DNA from: an uncultured Planctomycetaceae bacterium
Lineage (GTDB): Bacteria; Planctomycetota; Planctomycetia; Isosphaerales; Isosphaeraceae
Assembly (NCBI GenBank): GCA_963833985.1
Contig: CAWIAD010000002.1
Location: 3,328,001-3,392,000 of the forward strand
Length of the DNA: 64,000 nt
Direction: 5' to 3'
A model generated the notes under the pieces. It worked only from the letters and a program-made list of their open reading frames with translations, searched no databases and was not told the DNA's origin. Below, one piece after another: positions 52,009-62,370 of the stretch; the first letter of the stretch is position 1, and each line of letters begins with the position of its first letter. The position numbers and the translations under genes were made by a program.

Positions 52009-54152
52009 GAGACCACCTCGGCCAGTTCTTGCGCGGGCTTGCTCGACGGTAATGCAGGCTCATCCCCGATCACCAGCGCCCTGCCGTCCATGTAGTCCGG
52101 AACCGGCACGCCGAAGAGTTTCAGTACCGTGGGTGCGATATCGATCAGGCGCGGGTTCGGGGAGGCGATGGGATGGTTGGAAAAGAGGATCCCGGGCACC
52201 AGCGACGGATCCACGCAATGATCGCCGCTCCACGCCTTCCGGTTCGAATGGAAGACGCTTTCGGTGGTGCGGCCGATGGCCGTCTCCCAGGCCACGCGAT
52301 AACCGCGCTGGTAACCGACGATCAGGTCCGGAGCATTTTCGCTGTAGGGTCCCCGGTAGAACCGGGAAGCGATGTAAACCCGCTTGACCGCACTCTCGCC
52401 GGTTTCCGGGTCGCAGAGGCCGGTCAGCCGCTCGACGATCTCCTCGCGGAGCCGGTCTGCCTCGGCCCCGGGCGACACGATTCCCTGCGCAAACTTGTCC
52501 TTCACGTTCAGGTAGATGCCCGCAAGGCCGATCGCGAAGGCGCGGGTGCGGCTCCAGTCCACGCCCGCCAGATGGTCGGCGTCGCCCTTGCCGGCGAGCA
52601 CGAGATAGCCGTTCTCTTGCAGCCAGCGGTTCAGGTCGACTCCACGCCGGAACGGACCGAAGCCATGGTCCGAAAGCACCAGCAGCAGCTCGTCCTTGCG
52701 CCGGCAACAGGCGGACGTCCTGCCCACCAGGTCGTCCATCCGGCGATAGAGATCCTCGATCACATGCCGGCCTTCCCGGACGGCCGGATCAGGACGCGCC
52801 GGATGCCGCTCGTCGATATCGCGCCAGAACGTGTGCTGAAGGCGGTCGGTGCCGTCGAACACGCACGCGACAAGGCCGCTCGGCACCTTCTCCAGCGCAT
52901 CGAAGAACATGGCCTCGCGCTCGCGGTCCATGTCCAGGCACTGCTGAATGAACTGGTCATCGCTGATCACGTGCTCGTTGAGCGCCCAGGTATCCTCGGC
53001 CAATCCCAGCGTGGCGAACGGACCTTGCTTCCTGGCGAGATAGACCGGGTACACCGCCGGATACCCCACGGGCATCACCGCGTGCTCGGGGTCGATGTTG
53101 ATCGGCGTGACATAGAGCTCGAACTCCGGCTCGGTGCTCAGCAGCAGGAACTTGCAGAGCCCGCGCACCGTTACACCGGGGACCACCCGGAACGACACGC
53201 GGATCCAATCCGTGTAGACATCCCGGGCAAGCTTGAACGTCTGGCCGCAGATCTTCAGTTTCGCCTGGCCCGGGCCCGTGATCGTGACGGCGAACGGAAG
53301 CCTCATCTCACCGTGCCGCGGCCGCAGGGGGTCCTCCGGACCAACGAGCGCCGCGCGGACCACGTTCCCGACCCGCCTGACGCGATGGACGTCGCCGCCG
53401 GTCCGCTCGCCCTCGGCTTGCGCACGGGTCGTGTAGAAAGCGAACATGCCCTGCGTGCCGCGCAGGTCCGGTACGCACATCGCGGAAAGCAGCACGCCCC
53501 TGAGCTTTTCAGGCGGGTAGGTAATCGGCACGCGCAGGATGCAATTGAAGATGCCGTAGCCGCTGAGGATGCTCCAGAAAGGCTGGCTCTTACGCAGCAG
53601 GCGCACCTCGGCCTTCCCGAGCGGAATGCGGAGCGGGCCGATCCGGATCGCGCGGCGCGGCGGATGGACCTCCACCGAGCTCAGCTTGGCGTGGTAGTGC
53701 GTCAGGTCGGGCGTCAGAAAATCAAAGATGTTGTGCTTGCCGGGGTTCACGCCGGTCTGGAACGTTGACCAGGCCACCGGCGAAAGCGGGGGCACAGTCG
53801 TTCCCAGCGGCCGGAAGCTCCCCTGGGAGCGAAGGGCCGCCAGGTGGGGGAGCTTGCCCTCGGCCAGCATGCGTTCGGTCAGCTCGTGATCCATGCCGTC
53901 CAGGCCCAGGATGACGATCCGCCGGAACCGGCTGCGGTTCAGTCGCCGCAAGGAAAGCAGCGATCGCACGAGCAGGCGGACGGGCCAGGTGAGGAAGGTC
54001 AGAAGCGCCGAGAACACCGCGGCGAAGACCGTGAAGAACGACCCCGCCAGCGCGAACCCCGCCCCCGGCCCGATATAGGCGTGCGCCTGGCCGGGCGCCA
54101 GTAGTAAAAGAAGCAGCACCAGCAGCACCAGCCGCCCGCGCTTGCGAGCCAT
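52005..54152 (-). CDS. Alkaline phosphatase superfamily protein with signal peptide, AYIGPGAG motif and TM anchor
   Basis: LLLLLLAPGQAHA-YIGPGAG followed by a TM helix; GLDG, PPLSPVAW, DRLQH, SDHG, GDH and DIAPT. An alternative start at 54308 is possible. Confidence 0.85.
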   Translation of the reverse strand: MARKRGRLVLLVLLLLLLAPGQAHAYIGPGAGFALAGSFFTVFAAVFSALLTFLTWPVRLLVRSLLSLRRLNRSRFRRIVILGLDGMDHELTERMLAEGKLPHLAALRSQGSFRPLGTTVPPLSPVAWSTFQTGVNPGKHNIFDFLTPDLTHYHAKLSSVEVHPPRRAIRIGPLRIPLGKAEVRLLRKSQPFWSILSGYGIFNCILRVPITYPPEKLRGVLLSAMCVPDLRGTQGMFAFYTTRAQAEGERTGGDVHRVRRVGNVVRAALVGPEDPLRPRHGEMRLPFAVTITGPGQAKLKICGQTFKLARDVYTDWIRVSFRVVPGVTVRGLCKFLLLSTEPEFELYVTPINIDPEHAVMPVGYPAVYPVYLARKQGPFATLGLAEDTWALNEHVISDDQFIQQCLDMDREREAMFFDALEKVPSGLVACVFDGTDRLQHTFWRDIDERHPARPDPAVREGRHVIEDLYRRMDDLVGRTSACCRRKDELLLVLSDHGFGPFRRGVDLNRWLQENGYLVLAGKGDADHLAGVDWSRTRAFAIGLAGIYLNVKDKFAQGIVSPGAEADRLREEIVERLTGLCDPETGESAVKRVYIASRFYRGPYSENAPDLIVGYQRGYRVAWETAIGRTTESVFHSNRKAWSGDHCVDPSLVPGILFSNHPIASPNPRLIDIAPTVLKLFGVPVPDYMDGRALVIGDEPALPSSKPAQELAEVVS

Positions 54153-54318
54153 CGATCGCGCGGCAGCGGCCCGTACTTGCGTCCGCTGCGCCCCGCCTGG
54201 AGTTCCGTCCGCCGCCTGCGCCCCGAGCCGTTCCCCCGCCGATTGTGAGGGAGCCGCGGTCAGGCCCGCCCCGCGCGAATGACGGACGCCGGAGAGCCCA
54301 TTCATCATCGCTGCCCTC

Positions 54319-56474
54319 TCACTTCGGCTCCGGTGCCTTCGGCTCCAGCTCGTCGATGTTCTTACCAGGCGTCAGCTTCTTGCCGGCGAGGCCCGGGTAG
54401 TCCGGATCGTAGCGGTAGGCACGGAACACGCTGCCTCCGCCCGGAGGCCCGCCGAATCCCGGAGGCCCGCCAAATCCCGGAGGCCCGCCAGGACCACCGG
54501 GAGGCCCGCCAGGACCACCGGGAGGCCCGCCAGGACCACCGAATCCGGGAGGTCCCCCGGGACCGCCACCGGGCGGGGGACCACCGTCAGGTCCGGGACC
54601 GGCACCAGGTGGTCCTCCCGGACCGCCCGGCCGACCATGACCGAACCCCGGCGGGCCGCCCCGCGCAAAGTCGTCGCGCATCCGCTTGAGCTGGTCTTTC
54701 TGCCTGGCCGAAAGCAGCGTGTCGAGCTTCACGTCCACCCGCTTCTGCAACTGCACCACCTGGCTTTTCTGATCGGGGGTGAGCTTCAGCAAGATCTGGG
54801 TGGGAAGCGTCATGAGCTGGCCGGGAGGGGTGAACGCCCCGGGCCCGAAGCTGCCGCGAGTCTCGAGCCTTTTATGCTGGTCGGCCGACAGCAAGGCCTG
54901 CAAGCTGTCGCCCACTTCCTTCTGGAACGCGTCCAGGTCCTTGCGCTGCTGGGACGAAAGGTTGAGCATGTCTCTGAGGAAGAAGGGGAGCACGTCGCCA
55001 GGCCGGGGCGGTCCGAACGGTCCTCCCGGTCCCATGCGCTCCTGCACCGGATTGACGTACTTCCAGACGATCTTGCCCGCCGGCGTGACCTCGAAGATCG
55101 TGCCGTTGTTCCCCGAGCAGATGAGCGTATCGCCGTTGGGAAGCCGCTGGGCACCGGAGATCGTGGCCGAGAAGAAGTCGGACCTCTTCGGTGCCGAGTA
55201 GCTCCAGAGCGGCTTGTCGGGTCCGAAGGGTGCACCCTCGGCGCGCGTGTAATGTCCGGAGGAATCTACCGGCAAAGCAATCTCCTCGACCGACGAGTAC
55301 TCGCCGCCGGGACGCCTCATGCCGTTGTTGTAGAGCAGGATGTGGCCCGCACCCGGTCGTCCTTTGGGAATCCAGTGCGTGTTGTGCTGATGGAAGAGCT
55401 GCTGATCCTGCGCGGATCCCGCACGATAGCGCGCGGGTTTCCCCAGCGGTAGAGCAGGTCGCCTCCCTTGCCGGAGCGGCCGCCCTGATGCCCGGCGGCT
55501 TCCGCGGTCGTGGTGCTGTGGTCGATGATCCAGAACTCGCTGAAGCCATGCACGCTCATGACAATCTGGTCCAGTTCCGGGTTGTAGTCCACGCCGTTGA
55601 TGTGGGTCCAGTCCGGCTCGAACCGCTGCGGTCCCCCCTTCCTGCCCGCCGGAGAACCGCCCAGGTAGCCGATCGACTTGAGCTTGTCGATCCCCGCCTT
55701 GGTGGCCAGCAAGGGCGCGATCGCGTTGTCGTCGTAGTTGATGTCCACCCGCTCCGGATGCTCGGCCACCTTCCCGTAGTTTGGTTTGGCCGCATCGTAA
55801 TCCTGGATCAGGTGGTCCCAGAGGTGCCACTCCCAGACAACCTCGCCGGTCGTCTTGCCGGTCGGCTTCACTTCGTAGAGCGCATCGAGCTGGAACGGCC
55901 GGTCGCCGGTCAGCTCGGCCTTGCGGCCGGCCGCGACGGCCTCCTCGGGCGTCTTCCGGTCCCAGACGATGAGCACGACATGGCCGCTGGGCAGCTTCAT
56001 GATGTCGTGATGGGGAAGCTGCTTCTCGTTGGCGAAGCGGTAGTCCCACACCAGGGAACCGTCCCAGGTGAACTCCTGGACCCGGCCACCGGCACCAGGG
56101 CCTCCGCCAAACGGCTGGTCCCGCAGCTCTGCCGGTCGCAGCAGGTGACCATTTTCCAGCAAATAAGCGCTCAGGGCGGGGTGCGCATCGCTATCCCAGG
56201 TCCGTACGGCACGTCCCTGCATGTCGATCAGGTAGGTCTTCAGCGACTTCATCGGTGCCAGCAGAGTATACCCCTGGAACGCTCCGGGATCGTTCGTCAC
56301 CAGGCCCCGCTTGACCTTCGGCTGGTCGCTCGACCCGCCCGGACCGTCCGCCTGCGCGGCACCCGCGCCCTTGATCGACAAGGCGAGGCCAGCGGCGAGA
56401 ATGGCAATGGCCGTGGAAAGCGTTGCCGCGATCTGCATCGCCGGACGCATCCAGCTCGTGGTCCGCACTCTCAT
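54319..56474 (-). CDS. Arylsulfotransferase (ASST)-like secreted protein with Gly/Pro-rich tail; frameshift near 55435
   Basis: Signal peptide; GYTL, YLIDMQG, LLENGHLLR, HHD, WEW, DWTHIN, YRWGNP, QH, SGAQRLPNGDTLI and FRAYRY motifs. Confidence 0.85.
54440..54560 (-). repeat. In-frame 18/21-bp tandem repeats encoding GGPPGF/GGPGGPP
   Basis: CC(C/G)GGAGGCCCGCC repeated five times with 18- or 21-bp period. Confidence 0.85.
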
Positions 56475-56841
56475 GGAAACGACCCTCCCCGGACGGCTCC
56501 TGGCATGTTGAAGGGACCTGCTCGGTCACCGAGCGTCCGAGGATTCTAGCAAGGCCCCGCGCGGCCTTCCGTAAAAGAATGTCAAGAGCCGCGAGGCACG
56601 ACCGCACACGGAACGCGACGCCAGATCCTGCCGGATGGAACAGAACGATCTGAAGCTTCACTCCGGGACGGCGGTACGGCAAACCTTGCGGGTTTCGTCA
56701 GGCGGGGTGGCCTGTTGTTGCATTCGGTCGGTAGATTATTTACCCTAGTTTGCGGGCACACCTGTGATTTACCAACTTTGATCCGCGGAAGGCTGCACCG
56801 TGTGTTCCTGATCCGCGGTCGAGTCCCTGGAGATTGATGAG

Positions 56842-57174
56842 ATGAAGAGAGCCTTTTTGACATTCGTTCTGGGCGGCTTGATGGGCTCGTTCCTGCTGGC
56901 GGGCGATGCTCAGGCCTGCCACAAGAAGAAGTGCACCTGCGCCCCGACCTGCGTGACGGTCATGCCGGCCCCGGCTCCCGCTCCCGTGTGCGAGCCGACG
57001 TGCGCGCCGAAGAAGAAGTGCGGGATGTTCTCGTGCTTCAAGGGCATGAAACTCTGCCACAAGAAGGCCACGTGCGTGACATCGGCACCCTGCGAGACCG
57101 TCGCCTATTCGGCCCCCATGACCTATGCGGCTCCCGCCGTTTATTCCTCCCCCCAGGCGTCGGCTCAGCACTGA
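56842..57174 (+). CDS. Small secreted Cys/Lys/Pro-rich peptide
   Basis: GGAG RBS; signal peptide ending AQA; mature part with 10 Cys and two CHKK motifs; GC3-biased codons. Confidence 0.75.
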   Translation: MKRAFLTFVLGGLMGSFLLAGDAQACHKKKCTCAPTCVTVMPAPAPAPVCEPTCAPKKKCGMFSCFKGMKLCHKKATCVTSAPCETVAYSAPMTYAAPAVYSSPQASAQH

Positions 57175-57296
57175 GCACCGCTTCCTTCCCGATCATTACC
57201 TGATCAAGGCATGCTCCGTGTGTGAGTGCTTGCGGAAGCATGCGCGGCAAACGCTGGCCGGACGCGGGCACACGACTCTCGCGTCCGGTCTTGCTT

Positions 57297-59017
57297 TCAC
57301 CTCGACAGCGCTGGCAGGCCGGATTCCCGCTCCGCCTTTGCGTACTCCGTCATCGCAAAGATCCAGACGAGCGGCACACCGAACTTCGGGACCGCGTAGG
57401 CCGGGCTTGCATGCTCTACCAGCCACCGGTCCATCGCCGACCAGGCGCTGGGCGATTCTGAAGCACGTACCATGCGGGCAGGCCGCGGTCGAGCGGCTCC
57501 AGCCGGTGCGGCAACTCGCCGACTTGCCGCAGGTACAGCCAGGACGTGGGGAAGCTTGCAAAACGGACCGTCTCACCAGGATGCGTCTGCTCCCGCAGCC
57601 ACTGCCGCGCCCGAGCATCCAGCGCGTCCCAGTAATACGTGGGTTCCATGCCCAGGCGCACGGCGCCGGGAAGGCCACAGGCCAGCGGGCTGAAGTACGA
57701 TAGCGGGACGGGCATGAAAAGGCAGACGCTGGCGACGGCCTCGGCCATGGCGGCCGCCACCAGCATCCGGGCACGGCCACCGAGGGCGTCGATGGCCTGC
57801 CTCGCTCCCATCGCAACCAGGAACGAGAGAACTCCGAAGGCCGGCAGGAAGAGGCGCACACCGTCGTGACCGGGTGTGTGCGGCAAGGCCCTGAGCACGA
57901 TCAGCAGCACCCAGTTTGCCACGACCAGCACGCCGATGCGGTCGGTCTGGCGCTGGCGAAGTCCCCGCAACGTACCCAGTATGGCCAGCAGCAGCAGGCC
58001 GACCGGGGTCACCAGGACGGTCCAGACCAGCGTGTTGTACCAGGGGAGCGATTCTCGGGGCGTGAGATAGACCAAGCCCAGGAACTGGACCGGGATGGGG
58101 ATGGTCTGCCCTCGTGAGAGGTTCGAGTCGAAGAAACGGAGCACGCCCGCCAACGGCTCGGTCCACCAGGGGGGATTGCAGATCAGCAGCACGCCGAGAG
58201 CCAGCGGCAGCCCGAGCAACAGGGCGAGCGCTGCGCGGCGGTCGCGCGTCCATGCCGTCCAGAACAAGAAGGGCAGAGGCAGGAACCAGCCGGTGAGCTT
58301 CGTCGCCTGGGCACAACCCAGCACCAGCCCGAAGACGAGTGTGGCTGCCGCATGCGGTCGGCGGTCGCGGCCCGAGCCTGATCTTCCCGCATCCGACCCT
58401 GGCGGCACCGCCTCGGCGAAAGCCATGATCGCCAGGGCCCAGAGCGACGTGAGCACGCCGTCATAGGCAGCGTAATGTCCGTGGCCGAAGAGGTTGGGCT
58501 GAAAGACCCAGGCGGCAGCAGCCGCCAGCCCGGGCACCAGGCCCCAGCGCCGGGTGCAGAACCAGAACAGGAACCCGGCCGTCACGCTGAAGAGCGCGAT
58601 GGGGCCGAGCCGCGCGCGGGGCAGGTCCTGCCAGGAGGGCGTTAGCAGGTCGCCCAGCAGACCCAGCAACGCATAAAAGGGCGGGTGGCCATGGGGCTCG
58701 GCCCGCGCGAACGGCCAGAAGTAGGCGAGCACCTGGGTGTCGAGGAGCAGCTTGCCCCGCGTATTGACGGCTTCCGGAGCAGGGGCGGACGCTCCCGCCT
58801 GCTGGACCAGCTCCAGGGTGGGAGGCGTCCAGTGCCTGGCGAAATCGGCCGGATCTCGCAGGGCGTGGAACCAGGTACGCAGCCTGGCCTCGCGGCCCAG
58901 GGTGTAGCCCTCGTCCCAGACGATCGCCATCCGCGGTTCGGTGGCCAGCATGATGCCGAGGGTGGCAAGGCCCACCCCCAGGCTCGCCATCACCAGACGG
59001 CCATCAGAACGTCTCAT
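57297..59017 (-). CDS. GT-C fold glycosyltransferase (ArnT/PMT, GT39-like), paralog B; frameshift near 57448
   Basis: IVWDEGY, HGHPPFY, YD, PWY, PGHDGVRLFLP, LSYFS and EPTYYWD. The C-terminus continues in a shifted frame to TGA at 57297. Confidence 0.8.
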
Positions 59018-59068
59018 GAGCGTGCCGGCACCATGCTGCGTGTTGCCTGCCGGGCCGCGGCAGGCGGG

Positions 59069-59584
59069 CTAGTGTTCGATACCGGCCGGGACCAGCTCCG
59101 GCATGACGCCCACACCGGTCGCCGCGGGCTCATGCGAGCGTATCAGCGCCACTTCCTGGCAGCTCGGGAAGAGCGGGCAGCGCACGCACTCGTTCCAGAT
59201 CTTGTGAGGTAGCTCGGCCTTGTCAATCTGGCGGTAACCGCAGTGCTCGAAGAAGCCGACGGCGTAGGTGAGGGCGAACACGGAGGCGATCTCCAGTTCG
59301 CGGGCCGCCTCCCAGCAGGCGTCGACCAGCCGGCGGCCCAGGCTCTGACCCTGGACTTCCTCGGCCACGGCCAGGCACTTCAGCTCGGCAAGATCCTCCC
59401 AGAACACGTGCAAGGCAACACACCCGACGACCCGGTTCGCGTCGTCCACGGCCACGAGGAACTCGCGGATCGACTCGTAAAGCTCTCCCATCGACCTCCG
59501 GATCATCAGCTTCCGGTCGGCGAAGGTCCTGATTAGCTCATAAATTGCGGGTACATCACCAACACGAGCGGGACGGATGTTCAA
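59069..59584 (-). CDS. argA: Short GNAT N-acetylglutamate synthase-like acetyltransferase
   Basis: GGAGG RBS with TTG start; LAELKCLAV, QGQSLGRRLV, FALTY and LPHKIWNECVRCP.FP.C.E.A. Confidence 0.75.
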   Translation of the reverse strand: MNIRPARVGDVPAIYELIRTFADRKLMIRRSMGELYESIREFLVAVDDANRVVGCVALHVFWEDLAELKCLAVAEEVQGQSLGRRLVDACWEAARELEIASVFALTYAVGFFEHCGYRQIDKAELPHKIWNECVRCPLFPSCQEVALIRSHEPAATGVGVMPELVPAGIEH

Positions 59585-59799
59585 CCGAGGAACCTCCCGG
59601 GCCGGCCTTCAGGCCGAAAAATGACGAGAAGCGTTCACCGCGGACTCCACAGCCTGCGATAAACGCTCCGGTCGGAACATCCCAATTCTAGGAAATCCAG
59701 TCGCGGAATCAAGGAAAGCTCGAGTCGGCGTGGACCGCGGCCGCGCTGGCCGCAACAGAGCCTGGCGGACGGCGATGAGAGGGGCGGGGCCATAGGGCC

Positions 59800-60489
59800 C
59801 TAGCGCACCAGAGGTGCTGCCTTGGCAGCAGCAGTCGCCGCGGCAACCGCTGGCAGGGCGGCCCGGCCGGCGGGCTCCGGCGCCGCTCGCTCACTCTCCG
59901 CGCAGGCGCGGAGGGGCAGTACGTGATTCTGATAGTATTCCACCATCCGGCGATAGTCGGGCCCGTGGGTGACCTTCACCAGTCCGACGGTCCTGGCGAC
60001 CTCGTCGGTGGCCTGGTCGAGCGTCCATCCGCAGAACCGGGTGCGATAGGCAATCTGCACCATCGAGGCCCGGTTCAGCCCGTGGTGGCAATGGAAGAAG
60101 ATCGGGTAGTTCCCGGGGTCGGCAAGCACGCCGGCGGCCTCGTCCAGCAGCTCGCCGAGCGTGCGGGGATTGGCCATGTTCCGCTCGTCGATGATCGGAA
60201 TATGAATCCAGCGCAGCCCGAGCTCGGCGGCCAGCTCGCGCTCGCTCACCGACAGCGGGTGATCGTCGGGATGGGCCAGCGCCAGAACCGTGCGAATCTT
60301 GCACTGGCTGACGATCCGACGCATCGGCCAGTTCTTCTGCCAGGCTCCGCGATAGATCTTGCCGGGTTCGACGACCGCGAATTCGCGTGCAAGGACATAG
60401 TCATGGCCATGCCTCCACGTCTGCTCGCCCGCCAGGGCGAGCAATCCAGCAGCCAGTCCACGACGAACCCAGGTCCTGCGGGTAGTCAT
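59800..60489 (-). CDS. Cys-based protein tyrosine/dual-specificity phosphatase family protein with N-terminal anchor
   Basis: IYRGA, HIPI and CX5R loop HCHHGLNRA. Confidence 0.85.
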   Translation of the reverse strand: MTTRRTWVRRGLAAGLLALAGEQTWRHGHDYVLAREFAVVEPGKIYRGAWQKNWPMRRIVSQCKIRTVLALAHPDDHPLSVSERELAAELGLRWIHIPIIDERNMANPRTLGELLDEAAGVLADPGNYPIFFHCHHGLNRASMVQIAYRTRFCGWTLDQATDEVARTVGLVKVTHGPDYRRMVEYYQNHVLPLRACAESERAAPEPAGRAALPAVAAATAAAKAAPLVR

Positions 60490-60837
60490 CCGGCCGGTCT
60501 CCTCAGAGCTCAGTGCCAGCGGCGACGTCGACTTCGGCCTGCTTCCCGAGGAGGTCGCTGGGAGCTTCCGGCGAAGGCGGCGGATCGTAACATGTCTTCC
60601 TGGCGCGAACAAGCCAGACCGTAGGCCCGTTGCCCGGCCTTGATCGAGCTTGTTTCTCATCGTCGCCGGTCCCCGGAGCTCTCCAGAAAATCCGAAAAAA
60701 CCGGGGCACTGTCAATTCGCGGTCGCGAAAACCGAGCAAGCTGGTATGGTTTGCTCTCGCGATCGACACCGGACGTGCCGGTCGCTGGCCGCTGATTCCT
60801 GGTCGAGTGCGGCTGGCAAGACGGGAAAGGACCGGGC

Positions 60838-62302
60838 ATGATGATAGGGCTTCAGACCAAGATCTTGCGCCTCGATCGTGCAGCGAAGACTCCGGAGTTT
60901 TCCTTGCAGCCCCGAGCCGAACGACCCAGCGGACCGATCTCGCGGGTGGTGGGCCTCTACCAGTCGCTGCTCCGGAAGACCCTGGAGCATTTCTTCCCCA
61001 ACGCCATCCTGGAGGTCGAGGGCGACCGGAGCGTGATCGACTGGGATGGCTCGCCCGAGGAGGAACATTTTCGCTTCAGGGACGACCTCGACGGGATCGG
61101 GCTCCAGATCGACTGGCTGGGCACGCGCTTCAACTTCCGGCCCGAGAGCCCGGCACCCTTGCTGCCGCTGGAACGGCGGCTGGTCGAGGTCGTCGTCCAG
61201 GCCCTCGACCACCGCTTCCGCGGACTCTTCGACCTGAGCCTGGATGATCGCCTTGTGCGGTTCGAGTACCTCAATGAAGATCTCATCGTCTCCGACTTCC
61301 TCCAGCCGCCCAGTCCCTCCCGGGTACCCGCGGCGCTCGAGCGCACTGCGCGTGGCTGCCCTGTCGACCTATGAGAACCGGCGGCTCTCCACCGGTGCGC
61401 TCTTGCTGGGAACCGATCAGGATCCGGCCGACCCCCATCGAAAAAACACCCAGGGCGCACCCCGGTTCAACGCCCGGCTGACGGCCATCAAGGGCTTCCA
61501 TCGCCTCTGCGACGGCGTTCAAACCCAGTTCATCGTCGACGTTCAGGGCAATTTGCTGCGCATGGCCGACATCGAGCAATGGGCGCGCCTGGTGCAGGGC
61601 TCCGAGCCGCCCGAGCATCCCTGTCCGCGTCAGTACGAGAGCCATGCCAAGGCCACGCGCACGGGTGGCCACGTCTGCCTCATGCTCACCCCGAGCCAGG
61701 AGATCAAGGTCTTCGCCGGCGGAACCATGGTCTTCAGCCTGAGCGATGCACGCTGGCGGCTGCTCGATATCCCCAGCAAGTTCGCGGCCTGGCGCCAGGC
61801 CGTCGGCACTTCCACGCCCCCCGACCTCGCTCTCTGGCTGTTCCAGGCCGCCCTGAACCTGAGCGAGGCCCGTACCGGAGCCCTCTTCGTGGTGGTTCGC
61901 GACCAGGAACGCGCGGTCCGCGACCTGATTCCCCCGGCCGATCGGATGACCGAGGAGGAAGTCGCCGACGATCCGCAGGACCCGGAAAACCTCTCCCCGC
62001 GGATGGCCAAGCGCGCGCTGCACCACGCCGTCCGAGGCGCCACCCTCTGCGACTTCGAGCCCGCGGTGCTCGAGGCCATCGCCAGCCTCGATGGCGCCGT
62101 GGTGGTTGGTTCGGATGGCCGCCTGCTCACCTTCGGTGCGATCCTCAAGATCGCCCCGGACACGCTTCAGCTCGTGCGCTCGGTGCAGGGAGCGCGCACG
62201 CTCGCCGCCCTGGCGGCCTCACAGTTCGGCCCGGTCCTGAAGGTCAGCCAGGACGGCTACCTGACGATGTTCCTCAAGGGGCGCCGGGTCTGGGAGCTGT
62301 GA
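60838..62302 (+). CDS. Diadenylate cyclase (DisA_N/DAC)-fold protein with long N-terminal region; frameshift near 61345
   Basis: C-terminal TGALFVV, LDGAVVV, FGAIL, GARTLAA and KVSQDG match the DAC motif order. ORFs 60838-61374 and 61244-62302 join by a single indel. Confidence 0.75.
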
Positions 62303-62370
62303 ACGCGGGGAACGCAATCCCGGGCTGATCCGGGAATGCGCCCCCTGCCGGGTTTGTCGTCTGCCTCAGC

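Noticed and set aside
732..62328. Long antisense or alternative-frame ORFs (e.g. 732-2678, 5065-6870, 37196-39511, 42242-44116, 52173-53768)
   Set aside because: Shadow ORFs typical of high-GC DNA; they overlap well-supported genes and lack recognisable motifs.
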